Of a DNA stretch of 64,000 bases, positions 22,312 through 32,347 are shown in pieces (positions within the stretch are counted from its first letter, which is position 1; the number at the start of each line of letters is the position of its first letter). The stretch spans positions 1,984,001 to 2,048,000 of the forward strand of contig CBDCCK010000002.1 of NCBI GenBank assembly GCA_965214835.1, read 5' to 3'. This DNA is from Nitrosopumilaceae archaeon. Lineage in GTDB: Archaea > Thermoproteota > Nitrososphaeria > Nitrososphaerales > Nitrosopumilaceae. A program made the translations under genes and the position numbers. The notes beneath the pieces were generated by a model, which worked only from the letters and a program-made list of their open reading frames with translations, was not told the DNA's origin and made no database searches.

Positions 22312-23928
22312 CTATCTGGATCTCCTCACATCAAGCACCGCGTCCACCGCGGGCCGATCCTGGCCGTCGACCTCGATCCTGAGACTCTTCTGTCCCTCGG
22401 AGCGCGGCACGAACGTCATTCCCATGGTGCCGTCTGCGTCGGTCGTAATCGAGGCCTGCAACACATCGTCAACGTATGCGCGTGCAAGCCTGTTGCGCAT
22501 GGGAACCCCGTGTATGTCGTATAGGGTCACCGTGATGCTCTTTGGAACCCCGAGCTCGGTTACGGATACGGTGTACGCGCCCTCTCGATGTGGCAGTGGT
22601 CCGGCCTCATATGGATCTGCAAATCCTGCCAGCCTGCTCTCGTATGCCTTCTTGCCGCCTGCCTGCGGCCGCACCATCCGGCCGTCACCCGTGATTATCC
22701 TTTGAATGGCCTCCCTGATGGCGCTGACCTCGTCGTCTTCGGCACCTGCCTGCCCGGTCTTTTTGCCCTGCGGCACCCTCTGTCTTTCTATCCTTATCTT
22801 CACGGGGTCTATCCCGTACAGCCGCGCCTGCCCCCTCCACATCTCAAACAGCATCTCCTTTCTGTCCACTGATCCCGCCTTCTCCTCCGCGCCGGGGACA
22901 AGGAACACCAGGCTGCGCCCGTAGGCATCCCTCATGTCCGATACGAGCTCGTCGGAAAGCCTGTGCTTGCTGGTCGTATACTTTGCCTCGATGTCGCCCT
23001 TGTGGCCCATGAAGAACTGGCGGTACGCGTGCGTCATCGCGCCCTTGCTTTCTGCAAGTAATAGCTGCGTGTCAAAGTACGCCCGCAGGACGTAGGGCCG
23101 CTCCTTGATAATCACTCCAAAGGCGTTTTTGATCCCCTTTGTAACCGTGATCGTTCTCAGGTGGGACGTGTCATCGCTTGACTTTGTGCGGTACCCCTTT
23201 ACGAACGTGATCACGGGCGAGTCGGGTCTTATCTTCTCGCCGCCTGCGATCCTCTCCCTGAGGTATCCCTGCAGGTACCTGCACCCTGCCTCGGGCAGGA
23301 ACGTAAAGTACTGGTGTCCTGCCTTGCTCAGCGCCGGCCTTACCGTTATCCTGGCAGGCATCCGGGCAAATGAGATGTTCTGGCCGTCCACCTCCAGATC
23401 CGGGATGTCCCTTATGCGGAGGCCGTCCTCGCCGTGATGGTTGCCAAGCACCTGCGGCCGCACTCCGGCAAAGGCCATCATGGATATGGATACGCGCTCC
23501 CTTGCAGGCGCCGAGTCAAGCACGTCCTGGATTTTCTCGCGGGTCGGAATCTCCTCGTCTTCCAGCGTCACGGGAATGTCGGCGTTCTTGATCTTTATCC
23601 TCCGGACAAGCTTGACATAGTTGAATGCAAGCCAGGAGCGCAGCGCCTTGAGGATATCCTCGATGTATGAGGGCGCATACTTTTTGCCCTCAAGAAGCGA
23701 TACGTAATCCATCAGCATGTCCTCTACTTTCCTTACGTCGTCGACTCCGGCCTGCGCAAAATCCCTGGGAGTGGTGTTTGTCCTCTCGCAGTACACGCCG
23801 AGCCTTCGCAGCCTTACCTCGGCTGTCGCCACGCTGCCCCTTGCGGTATTGTCGCACCATCTCTTGACGTTGGGATCCTCAAGTAACTTTCTGTGACGTC
23901 CCCACGCCTTTTTTACGGTATCACTCAT
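22312..23928 (-). CDS. Archaeal tyrosine recombinase/integrase with a C-terminal extension
   Basis: GVRPQ, SKAG, YVLRAYF, FMGHKG and KY catalytic set. Confidence 0.9.
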   Translation of the reverse strand: MSDTVKKAWGRHRKLLEDPNVKRWCDNTARGSVATAEVRLRRLGVYCERTNTTPRDFAQAGVDDVRKVEDMLMDYVSLLEGKKYAPSYIEDILKALRSWLAFNYVKLVRRIKIKNADIPVTLEDEEIPTREKIQDVLDSAPARERVSISMMAFAGVRPQVLGNHHGEDGLRIRDIPDLEVDGQNISFARMPARITVRPALSKAGHQYFTFLPEAGCRYLQGYLRERIAGGEKIRPDSPVITFVKGYRTKSSDDTSHLRTITVTKGIKNAFGVIIKERPYVLRAYFDTQLLLAESKGAMTHAYRQFFMGHKGDIEAKYTTSKHRLSDELVSDMRDAYGRSLVFLVPGAEEKAGSVDRKEMLFEMWRGQARLYGIDPVKIRIERQRVPQGKKTGQAGAEDDEVSAIREAIQRIITGDGRMVRPQAGGKKAYESRLAGFADPYEAGPLPHREGAYTVSVTELGVPKSITVTLYDIHGVPMRNRLARAYVDDVLQASITTDADGTMGMTFVPRSEGQKSLRIEVDGQDRPAVDAVLDVRRSR

Positions 23929-24000
23929 GATCTCTCCATTTTGCAACGGATTTTTTCGGTTTAAGGGGGGATTTCATCGCTTGAGATGGGTGGACCGGAT

Positions 24001-24049
24001 GGGTACCGTCACCATATTGGATCCTTTTTGCGTTCCGATAATCTGGTCT
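24001..24049 (+). repeat. att-like 49-bp direct repeat, copy 1 (copy 2 at 26416-26464)
   Basis: GGGTACCGTCACCATATTGGATCCTTTTTGCGTTCCGATAATCTGGTCT versus GGGTACCGCCACCATGTCGGATCCTTTTTGCGTTCCGATGATTTGGTCT. Confidence 0.85.
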
Positions 24050-24084
24050 GCCACGCCTGATTTAGGTATTACGCGGCAATGCAT

Positions 24085-24176
24085 GCATGTGATCACCTCC
24101 CCCTGCTGCCCAGGCATGAAAATCACAGCTGCGGACAAACTTGCATGTGTTTGTTTGATGGGAGGTGGCCTCGTAC
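24085..24176. mobile_element. IS66-derived miniature element
   Basis: Ends resemble the IS66 TIRs (GCATGTGATCACCTCCCC and GGGAGGTGGCCTCGTAC). The internal CAGGCATGAAAATCACA is shared with 49523. Confidence 0.55.
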
Positions 24177-24500
24177 GCAGGTCCGGCCCGCCATGATCGC
24201 GAGTATGATACGGTGCAGACGTCCGGGGGCAGGATGTTTGGTGCTACAATGTCATGCGTCATGGTATGATGGAGATTGCCGCCCAATTCATCAGACTCCT
24301 CAAAACCATACGATGCCATCCGGACCGAGGCGTGCAAGATTGGTAGAAATTCAGAAAAACGTAGAGTCAGGTAGGGTGGAATGAAAAACGGGATCCGCAT
24401 GAATTGCGACACGGATCTCTATTTTTTGTCAGGATTTCAAATAACCTAAAGCGATCAGAACACCACAAATGTCATAAATCAGAAGCGCATCAGCAAGTTA

Positions 24501-25241
24501 TTGTCAGTGCCAAGAGAGCGAATTTTTGTTGACGAGTCAGGAGATCCTGGACTGTCTCAAACATCAAGGAGGCGATATTTTGTTTTTGGTTTTGTCTACT
24601 GCCAAGACCCAACGAAATTACGTAAAAAACTAAAAAGATATCTAAAGCGATTACATCAAAGAAGAAAGTATCCAAGGCACCTGGCAGAGTTGAAATTTAG
24701 TCTTCCCTATACCAACCTAATGCAGCAAGGCTACACCTTGCAACAACTAGATAACGATTACAGCATACATATGCCTGAAATTCGGACAAAATCACTAGAG
24801 ATTATTCGTGATAACTGTGACGGGGTGTTTGGGGCAATAATCGATAAGCAAAGTGTACGACCAGAAAAGAATTGGACGTCTGAACGCATAGGGAACTTTG
24901 TTTTAGCTCGAAGCTTAATTGTAGATGTTATGAATAAGGTTTCTCCGCCAAATCCTCCCACGGTCTATTATGACAAAGGAAGGCTATCTGCATCAAAAGC
25001 CACAAAATTCAATGCGTATATTGTAAGCAAGTATGATTATTTTCAATATAGGGGACGGAGGAAATACCGAGGGAGCTTGTCTCCGCCAACCGATACTTCT
25101 TCGGTTTTGGAAGCAGGAATATGGGCCGCAGACATGGTAGCCGGTTCGTATTACCATAAATTTGAGAATAACGAGTGGGCGTATTCGAACATTCTTCATT
25201 CAAAAAAGATCGGCAGTGGCGAAAGAATATTTTGGAGATAG
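24501..25241 (+). CDS. DUF3800 domain protein
   Basis: FVDESGD, ELKF and GIWAADMVAG. Confidence 0.85.
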   Translation: MSVPRERIFVDESGDPGLSQTSRRRYFVFGFVYCQDPTKLRKKLKRYLKRLHQRRKYPRHLAELKFSLPYTNLMQQGYTLQQLDNDYSIHMPEIRTKSLEIIRDNCDGVFGAIIDKQSVRPEKNWTSERIGNFVLARSLIVDVMNKVSPPNPPTVYYDKGRLSASKATKFNAYIVSKYDYFQYRGRRKYRGSLSPPTDTSSVLEAGIWAADMVAGSYYHKFENNEWAYSNILHSKKIGSGERIFWR

Positions 25242-25247
25242 TAAAAA

Positions 25248-25330
25248 AGACGACCCCGCGGTATTCCCGATTGGGCATGAACCCCTCTCATTCCTTTGTG
25301 GAACACGGTTTCCCGCGGACTTACTCGTCT
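25248..25330 (+). ncRNA. Candidate DUF3800-associated structured RNA
   Basis: Nested stems AGACGA/TCGTCT, CCGCGG/CCGCGG, CCC/GGG, GAACC/GGTTT and TTCC/GGAA, starting 6 bp after the stop. Confidence 0.55.
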
Positions 25331-25463
25331 ACCATACAATACTGTACCATTGCAATTAAACTTTATTTTTATCCCAGTCTTCTCTATTGTACGAAAATTA
25401 GGTCGCACTAATTTGAGGAGGGTTGCAAATGATTACTTTAGGCTTTACCGATCAAGAAAACCG

Positions 25464-26414
25464 ATGGTTGCAAGGCTCAAGGCAAAGCAGATCAGATACG
25501 CAGTAACGCAGTGTGCTAAAGGACGAAGGCCCTCGGAGGTAGCCACGGAGATAGGCGTCACGACAAGGCACGTCCAGCGGATGTATGCCAGGTTCAGGAA
25601 GACGGGGGGTGCGCACCACCACGTGCCGCTCAAGCCTGGAAGAAAGAGGAACGCCCCGGCCCCCGACGAGGCCGTGCGCGCCGTCCTGGAGGAGCACGGG
25701 TACAGTGCAGCAGGGGTGCTTTATACGGCCAGAAGGTTGCGAAGGCGACTCGATATAAGCTACTGCGAGGTATACAGGATAATGAGGGAGCACGGGCTGG
25801 TGACGCCGTCGCCTGCAAAATCCAGACCACGGAAATACGTCCGGTTTGAGCGCAGGTACTCCAATGCCATGTGGCATGTGGACTGGCACACCATGAAGGA
25901 TCCGCGCTTTGCGGGGCTCAATCTGGTCACGTTCCTGGACGACTCGTCCAGGTGCGTGACCGGTGCGGGCCTGTTCAGGGAGGCCACCTCGGAGAACGTC
26001 GTGGTGGTCCTGCGGCAGGCCGTGGCCCAGTTCGGCGCGCCTGCCACAATCCTCTCAGACAACGGCAAGTGCTTTGTCGGGGCGCGCTCGGATCCGAAGA
26101 AGAGGAAGAACCCTCCCAAGAAAGGGTGGACGCCGACTGCCTTTGAGGATGAGCTGCTCAACTGCGGAATCGAGCTGATAAACTCCAGGCCGTACCACCC
26201 GCAGACCAACGGCAAGCTGGAGCGTTCCACGGCTCCCAAGCGACGAAACCCCGCCAAATTCGGGTCTCATCAAGATGTTCGTTGTACCGTTGGATGCGTC
26301 GGCTTAAAATTGTTTTGGATTGCACGGAGTTTGTCCGAAAACCAGGAAAACGACACGGGGGTTACGGCAAAAATGAGCGATCAAGGCGTGCGAGCAGAAG
26401 CGTTCCCATCCTAG
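25464..26414 (+). pseudogene. IS481-family transposase, 3'-truncated after GKLER
   Basis: WHVDW, LDDSSR, SDNG and HPQTNGKLER. TGT left end at about 25388. Confidence 0.85.
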
Positions 26415-26415
26415 A

Positions 26416-26464
26416 GGGTACCGCCACCATGTCGGATCCTTTTTGCGTTCCGATGATTTGGTCT
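26416..26464 (+). repeat. att-like 49-bp direct repeat, copy 2
   Basis: See 24001-24049. Confidence 0.85.
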
Positions 26465-29400
26465 AGCCGAGGCCCGCCGCATGCAGCAGCCGCACCTGCC
26501 GGGCCGACAGCTCCGCATTGTACACGCGCAGCTCGTCAAGTGCCGCATCGGATATGCCGTGCTCCCCTAGGCCGGATGCCCCTATGGTAAACGCATGGTC
26601 GTTTGTCATGTTGCCTGTCAGCCCCGCGCCCCTGCGGTATAAGCCATAGTCCCGGTGTTCGCCGTCCACGTATACGTTGAGGCCCTCCTTGGCGCCCGAG
26701 CCGTCGTACGTGAATGCGATATGGTGCCAGGCACCGTCTGACATGTTCAGGTGTTGCGGTGTATGCACGTTTATGAAAGAAGAGTTTCCATACAGCAGGA
26801 GCAGGATCCTGTTGGGCGCCCCGTCCCACACAAACACGTATGCGCCAGGACGGCCAAACGACTCTGCCTTGGAGAGGATCATGGACCTGGCAGTCTGAGG
26901 CACATCCTGCCTGAGCCAGAACGCCATGCTGAACGGGTCGCTCCGCCCAAAGTCAAAGTCGGCCTCTTCTGCAAGGACTACATGAGAGGAGTTGTCAAGC
27001 TGCAGAGCCCTTCCTATCATGCCCGGCACGTATGTGATATCTCCTGCCGCCGTGCCGTTGTTGTCCCCGGTTGTATCTGCCAGATTGCCTTCAAAGGACA
27101 GGCCTGCCACGAGCTCCTCGTATGGGGCCGTGACGGCCACCGGATCGGCGATCGTGACCCGTATGCCGCCCATCGGACTTCCGTCCCCGTCCACCAGGCC
27201 GACCCAGAACGTGCCTCCCGCGCCCGCGTCGTCGGCGGTCCTCAGCAGTATCGTATACTGGGAGCCGGGCGCGTTGATCGTGTGGTACCTGACGTCGTAC
27301 GCGGAGCCTGCGTGGTTGTCAAGCTCCATCGTGCGGCGCCGCTGCTCGGGGAAATCAGTGCACACCGCCGTGCCGCACCCGGAGCCCTCCGGGAATCCCC
27401 CAAAGTCGTCCACGGTAAGCGATCTGCTGTATATGGCAAGGGCGTCGTGCTGGTGCCTTGTGCCATCAAGGGTTACGGTATACTCGAGGGTCTGTCCCGG
27501 AAATATCCTGTCGGGGCCCGTGATCCTCCAGGTGGCGTGCTCGCCCGTTATCGTCTTTGCGGACGGCGGCATCACCGTTACCGGTATGCCTCCCACCGGC
27601 CTGCTGCCGCTGTCCATCATGCCTACTGTGACCTGCGTGCCCGCCGGCGCGTCGGCTGCCGGCTGCAGCAGTATGGTGTGGCTGGATCTGGACTTTTTCA
27701 TCTTGTTGAACATGACCGTGTACGGCGAGTCCTCGTCACTGGCTATCTTGTACGTGTCGTGCTTTTGTTCTGGAAACCCCGCGCATATCACCGTCTGGCA
27801 GTCCGTATCGGAATCGTGCCATCCGAGGTCCCGCTCTGGTGCCGCGCTGTACACGGCAAGGGCCTCCTCTCGCGGCCTCGCCCCGTCCTCGAGTGTTACG
27901 GTATACTCGAAGGTCTGCCCCGCAAACACCCTGTCCGGGCCCGTGACGCTCCACGTGGACCTGCCCGTGCTCACTGTCTGGGAGACGTCCAGGATGGCGT
28001 CAGAGGCGTCCACGTGTATGATAAACCAGTCCCGCAGCGAGTTTGCAGAGCCGTCTGTCGCCGTGCATACTACCTCGGTGAATCCGGGCGCAAACGTCGA
28101 TCCCGACTCATGCGTGCACGATACTGCCACGACCCCGTCTACGAGGTCGGAGGCAGTCGGCGCATCGTAGCTGACTGCCACCCCCCGGCCCGCCGGATCA
28201 GCCACGTCTATGTTGCGCAGGCCGGAGATGGCAGGCGGCGTGGTGTCCTGAACGGTTATGGTCTGGGCGGCCGTGGCAGCATTGCCCAAAGAGTCGGTGG
28301 CAGTCCATGTTACTGTCGTGTTGCCCAGCAGGAACGACTCCGGGGCGTCGTTTGTGATTGCCGGGTCGGGATCGGCAATGTCAGACACGGTGGGAGTCCC
28401 ATAGTCGCCGGCATTCAGGACCGTCATGATGCCGGTGGCCTCGGCCGTATGGTCTGCAGGCGCCGTGATGCTCGGCGGCGTGGTGTCCTGTATCGTCACG
28501 GTCTGGGTTGCCGTCGCCGTGTTGCCCGAGGAGTCGGTGGCAGTCCATGTTACCGTGGTATCGCCTAGCGGGAACGACTCCGGGGCGTCGTTTGTGATTG
28601 CCGGGTCGGGATCGGCAATGTCGGATACGGCGGGAGTCCCATAGTCGCCGGCATTCAGGACCGTCATGATGCCGGTGGCCTCGGCCGTATGGTCTGCAGG
28701 CGCCGTGATGCTCGGCGGCGTGGTGTCCTGTATCGTCACGGTCTGGGTTGCCGTCGCCGTGTTGCCCGAGGAGTCGGTGGCAGTCCATGTTACCGTGGTA
28801 TCGCCTAGCGGGAACGACTCCGGGGCGTCGTTTGTGATTGCCGGGTCGGGATCCAGATTGCCGGTGGCCGTGGCCTGCCCTATGGATACGGCAGTCAGCA
28901 CGCCGGTGGCCTCGGCCGTGACGTCTGGTGGTGCGGTTATACTTGGCAGTGTCGTGTCCTGTATCGTAACAGTCTGGGTGGCCGTAGCCGTGTTGCCCGA
29001 GGAGTCGGTGGCAGTCCATGTTACCGTGGTATCGCCGAGCGGGAACGATTCCGGTGCGTCGTTTGTTATTGTGGGGTCGGGATCGGCAATGTCGGTGGCG
29101 GTGGCCTGCCCTATGGATACGGCAGTCAGCACGCCGGTGGCCTCGGCCGTGACGTCGGCTGGCGCGGTGATTACGGGGTCAGTCGTGTCCTGTATCGTAA
29201 CAGTCTGGGTGGCAGTGGCAGCATTGCCAGAGGAATCAGTAGCAGTCCATGTGATTACCGTGTCGCCGAGCGGGAACGACGCGGGTGCGTCGTTTGTTAT
29301 TGTGGGGTCGGGATCTGCAGTGTCGATGGCGGTGGCCTGCCCTATGAATGTCACGGTCAGTGCGCCGGTGGCCTCTGCGGTACGGTCGGCAGGTGCCGTG

Positions 29401-31955
29401 ATCCAGGGCGGCGTGGTGTCCTGTATCGTAATAGTCTGGGTTGCCGTCGCCGCGTTGCCAAAGTCATCCGTGGCAGTCCACGTGACTGTGGTGTCGCCTA
29501 TGGGAAACAACTCCGGTGCGTCGTTTGTTATCGCCGGGTCGGGATCCAGGTTGTCGGTGGCCGTGGCCTGCCCTATGGATACGGCAGTCAGCACGCCGGT
29601 GGCCTCGGCCGTGACGTCGGCAGGTGCGGTGATTACGGGGTCAGTCGTGTCCGAGGGTTCGCCTCCGTCACTTGCCATGACTGCAACATTATCTATCTCG
29701 ACGTGCTCGCTTGAGGAGCTGGACTTTGCCACGAACCTGATCTTTGCGGTGTCCTCCGTGATGTCCAGGGACAGGGACTCGCTGCTCCACGAGCCGCTGT
29801 CCTCGCGGTTGTTGTGGGTATAGCTTGCAAGATTGATCCAGCTTGTCCCGTCTGCAGAGTACTCTACAAACAGGCCCTCCCCGGCATCGACGCTAGAGTC
29901 GACGAACCTGTCAAAGGAGACGGTCAGTGCGTCCTGCGTGTCAAACGTCGAGGATGTCGTGGCGATGCAGTCAGTGTCGCAGTTGCTTGATATGAGCGCC
30001 TGGTTTGTCCGGCTGTTCTCGCCGGGCACGTCCTCGTCGGGATCCCCGATCTCCCAGTCAGAGTCGCCGGACAGGTTCCACTTTGAGAGATCCGACTCAA
30101 AGTCGTCTGCGAACTCCGTGACCGGGACGACGAGGTCGTATGGGAACTTGTCTATCCCGTGCGTGCTTGCCAGGGCGTACGGCTCGCCGATGGCAGTAGT
30201 CAGCGTCCCGTCGGAGCTCACGGTGATGGTGTAGAATCCGGTCTCCGGCGCGTCAAACACGACGAACTCGTTGTTCTGGACGTCAGAGTCGCTCGTCCTT
30301 GTCGCGCCGTTGGGAGACGTCACCGCCAGGTCATAGTTGTGGTACTGGCTTGGAAGCTGGATGTGCGGGCTGCCGATTGGAAGGGTGGGCGACAGTACCG
30401 TGCCCCTCGGATGCACCAGCCAGGACAGCAGCACCTTTACCTGCTCGCCTGCTCCTGCGTATATCCTGTACGAGTTTGCCTCAAAGTCGCCTGAGCTTCG
30501 GTCGTACAGGACGTTTGGGTACTGGTTGTCGTTGGCATAGTCAAGGGATCTCGTTGCGTTGAGTATGCCAAAGCCGTACCGGTTCATGGTATCGTATATC
30601 CCGGCCCTACGGTTATCATAGTCTGCTGCAGTAGCCGGCGTGTCTGCCTGCCAGTCTGCGCCGAGCAGCAACGCGGACTTTATCTCCAGATGGCGGTAGT
30701 CCGGCTGCTTTTCTAGGATCAGGGCACTGGCACCTGCCACAAAGGCGGTGGCAAAGCTCGTACCGCTGTCTATTTCATAGTCACGGTTTATCATATTTCT
30801 AGTATCTGCGGCCCGTGCAAGATCAAGATCTACGCCGATTGCGGTTATCTCGGGCTTTATTCTGGGTGCGTCGCCGCCCGGGGCGTTGAACTGGGCAGGG
30901 CCGGGAACGCTGGCACTCCACAGGATTCTGTCCTTGTCGACTGCACCTGCGCTGATGTAGTTAAAGCCGCATGCCAGCTTTTGTATGTGTGGCGGGGGAA
31001 ACGCCGCCGTGTTACTTGGTTTGTTTCCGATGGCCATGGAAAAGCTCAAGCCCTCGTGTACCGCCCTGTCGGTGACAATGGTGAGGGCAGAATAGTCGTT
31101 GCATCCATAACTTTCAGTATCTGCCAGTATTGAAAGTGCCACAGTGATATCGCTGGTCATCATCTCATCAAGTGCCCTGGCAAAGGTATTTTTTGCCACG
31201 GAACTCTCACCCACGTGAGTCACGCCAGCTAAGCGAGCGTCGTGTATCATGGAGTCTGGTGCCATCCCCGCCATTGCGGGGTTGGTGCTGTTGGATGCTA
31301 TGACTGCGGAAGTCGAGGTGGCACGGTTGGTACCGGCCAGCAGTGAAGCATTAATGCATTGGAGTTGGGTGCATAGGAGCGAGGCGGCGTCCTTGTTTTG
31401 CAGGTCAGGGTGTGTAAAATCCGTGCCCGTACCAATCAGTCCAACGGTGATCTCCCTGCCGGTATACGGATACACGTCGGAGCCTACGTTGGTGGCGCCA
31501 ACTACGGCCTTGGCCTGCGCCAGTGTCAGTGCCGGCGGCAACCTTGACGGTGATGCCGACGATGTCATTTCCCCGTGCCCGTCTCCAAGCTTGTAGACGT
31601 GATCATAGCCTGCCAGCTCCGCTATCCTGTTCACCGGGACGTCGGCGATGAGAAAGTCCAGGCTCTTTGACTTGAATATGTCCCGCGAGCCCACCTCCCT
31701 TAGCGTTTGCTCCAACCTGTCTTCGTATCCGTCATCTGTGACTATTATTACGGAATGTGCAGTCAGTGTTGCGTTGTCTGCGCTGCCTGCACTTCCATGC
31801 GATGTCACGTTCTGCATGCGCTGGATCTTTTCATAAAAGCCGTCATCGAACTTGTACAGGTTGTCTTGTACCTCACCTGACTCTGAGAATGACAAAGCCG
31901 GAACGGAGAGCAGGACTGGCAGCAGGATGGCAAGACATGCGACTGCTTGGTTCAT
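26463..31955 (-). CDS. Large secreted protein: S8 subtilase-like domain, PPC/beta-sandwich, about 7 HYR repeats, two paralogous Cys domains and LamG
   Basis: Signal peptide, IKPEITA, SGTSFATAFVAG, repeats DTTPPxITAP...FPLGDTTVTWTATD and C-terminal WHHIAFTY...LDELRVYN. Confidence 0.9.
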   Translation of the reverse strand: MNQAVACLAILLPVLLSVPALSFSESGEVQDNLYKFDDGFYEKIQRMQNVTSHGSAGSADNATLTAHSVIIVTDDGYEDRLEQTLREVGSRDIFKSKSLDFLIADVPVNRIAELAGYDHVYKLGDGHGEMTSSASPSRLPPALTLAQAKAVVGATNVGSDVYPYTGREITVGLIGTGTDFTHPDLQNKDAASLLCTQLQCINASLLAGTNRATSTSAVIASNSTNPAMAGMAPDSMIHDARLAGVTHVGESSVAKNTFARALDEMMTSDITVALSILADTESYGCNDYSALTIVTDRAVHEGLSFSMAIGNKPSNTAAFPPPHIQKLACGFNYISAGAVDKDRILWSASVPGPAQFNAPGGDAPRIKPEITAIGVDLDLARAADTRNMINRDYEIDSGTSFATAFVAGASALILEKQPDYRHLEIKSALLLGADWQADTPATAADYDNRRAGIYDTMNRYGFGILNATRSLDYANDNQYPNVLYDRSSGDFEANSYRIYAGAGEQVKVLLSWLVHPRGTVLSPTLPIGSPHIQLPSQYHNYDLAVTSPNGATRTSDSDVQNNEFVVFDAPETGFYTITVSSDGTLTTAIGEPYALASTHGIDKFPYDLVVPVTEFADDFESDLSKWNLSGDSDWEIGDPDEDVPGENSRTNQALISSNCDTDCIATTSSTFDTQDALTVSFDRFVDSSVDAGEGLFVEYSADGTSWINLASYTHNNREDSGSWSSESLSLDITEDTAKIRFVAKSSSSSEHVEIDNVAVMASDGGEPSDTTDPVITAPADVTAEATGVLTAVSIGQATATDNLDPDPAITNDAPELFPIGDTTVTWTATDDFGNAATATQTITIQDTTPPWITAPADRTAEATGALTVTFIGQATAIDTADPDPTITNDAPASFPLGDTVITWTATDSSGNAATATQTVTIQDTTDPVITAPADVTAEATGVLTAVSIGQATATDIADPDPTITNDAPESFPLGDTTVTWTATDSSGNTATATQTVTIQDTTLPSITAPPDVTAEATGVLTAVSIGQATATGNLDPDPAITNDAPESFPLGDTTVTWTATDSSGNTATATQTVTIQDTTPPSITAPADHTAEATGIMTVLNAGDYGTPAVSDIADPDPAITNDAPESFPLGDTTVTWTATDSSGNTATATQTVTIQDTTPPSITAPADHTAEATGIMTVLNAGDYGTPTVSDIADPDPAITNDAPESFLLGNTTVTWTATDSLGNAATAAQTITVQDTTPPAISGLRNIDVADPAGRGVAVSYDAPTASDLVDGVVAVSCTHESGSTFAPGFTEVVCTATDGSANSLRDWFIIHVDASDAILDVSQTVSTGRSTWSVTGPDRVFAGQTFEYTVTLEDGARPREEALAVYSAAPERDLGWHDSDTDCQTVICAGFPEQKHDTYKIASDEDSPYTVMFNKMKKSRSSHTILLQPAADAPAGTQVTVGMMDSGSRPVGGIPVTVMPPSAKTITGEHATWRITGPDRIFPGQTLEYTVTLDGTRHQHDALAIYSRSLTVDDFGGFPEGSGCGTAVCTDFPEQRRRTMELDNHAGSAYDVRYHTINAPGSQYTILLRTADDAGAGGTFWVGLVDGDGSPMGGIRVTIADPVAVTAPYEELVAGLSFEGNLADTTGDNNGTAAGDITYVPGMIGRALQLDNSSHVVLAEEADFDFGRSDPFSMAFWLRQDVPQTARSMILSKAESFGRPGAYVFVWDGAPNRILLLLYGNSSFINVHTPQHLNMSDGAWHHIAFTYDGSGAKEGLNVYVDGEHRDYGLYRRGAGLTGNMTNDHAFTIGASGLGEHGISDAALDELRVYNAELSARQVRLLHAAGLG
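28200..29650 (-). repeat. HYR-domain coding tandem repeats (about 234-240 bp units)
   Basis: Near-identical units, including an almost exact 240-bp duplication around 28330-28850. Confidence 0.9.
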
Positions 31956-32347
31956 GCCTTAAGATTATCATGGTGTTTTATAAAAGACGTTTGCATGGGG
32001 CGCAGGTAATCGGCTGGGCCACCCCGGTTTTCAGCCATGCCCAAATCATCTTGCAACAAGATTCGTGCCTGCATGTTGCAACGACCTTGACCTCTCACAG
32101 GTGCAGTCTTCCCAGATATGACTCACGGATGCACCGGAGGATGGTGTTCGGACAGCATGCTGGGCAGCGGTGAGGTCGGGATCGCACGGATAAGTGATTG
32201 TCCAAGCTGGGCACTACGTGCATGACGTAGATCAAGGCGGCCAGGGCGAGCCGTTGCCTGCCGGGATAGCTGTGCATCCATAGTCTGCAGCGGCCGTGCA
32301 GGACAGCGTGTGCCGGCACGCCCACATGTGGCGTACCATGTGCCGGC

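Noticed and set aside
22312-23928. Canonical integron integrase IntI
   Set aside because: No recognisable IntI patch and no attC R/L-box structures were seen.
23989-24060. Intact tRNA gene
   Set aside because: There is no GTTC T-loop, D-arm or anticodon arm at canonical spacing. It is kept only as a tRNA-like finding.
26751-29823. Long plus-strand ORFs (605, 392 and 385 aa)
   Set aside because: They are antisense shadows of the GC-rich 1830-aa gene.
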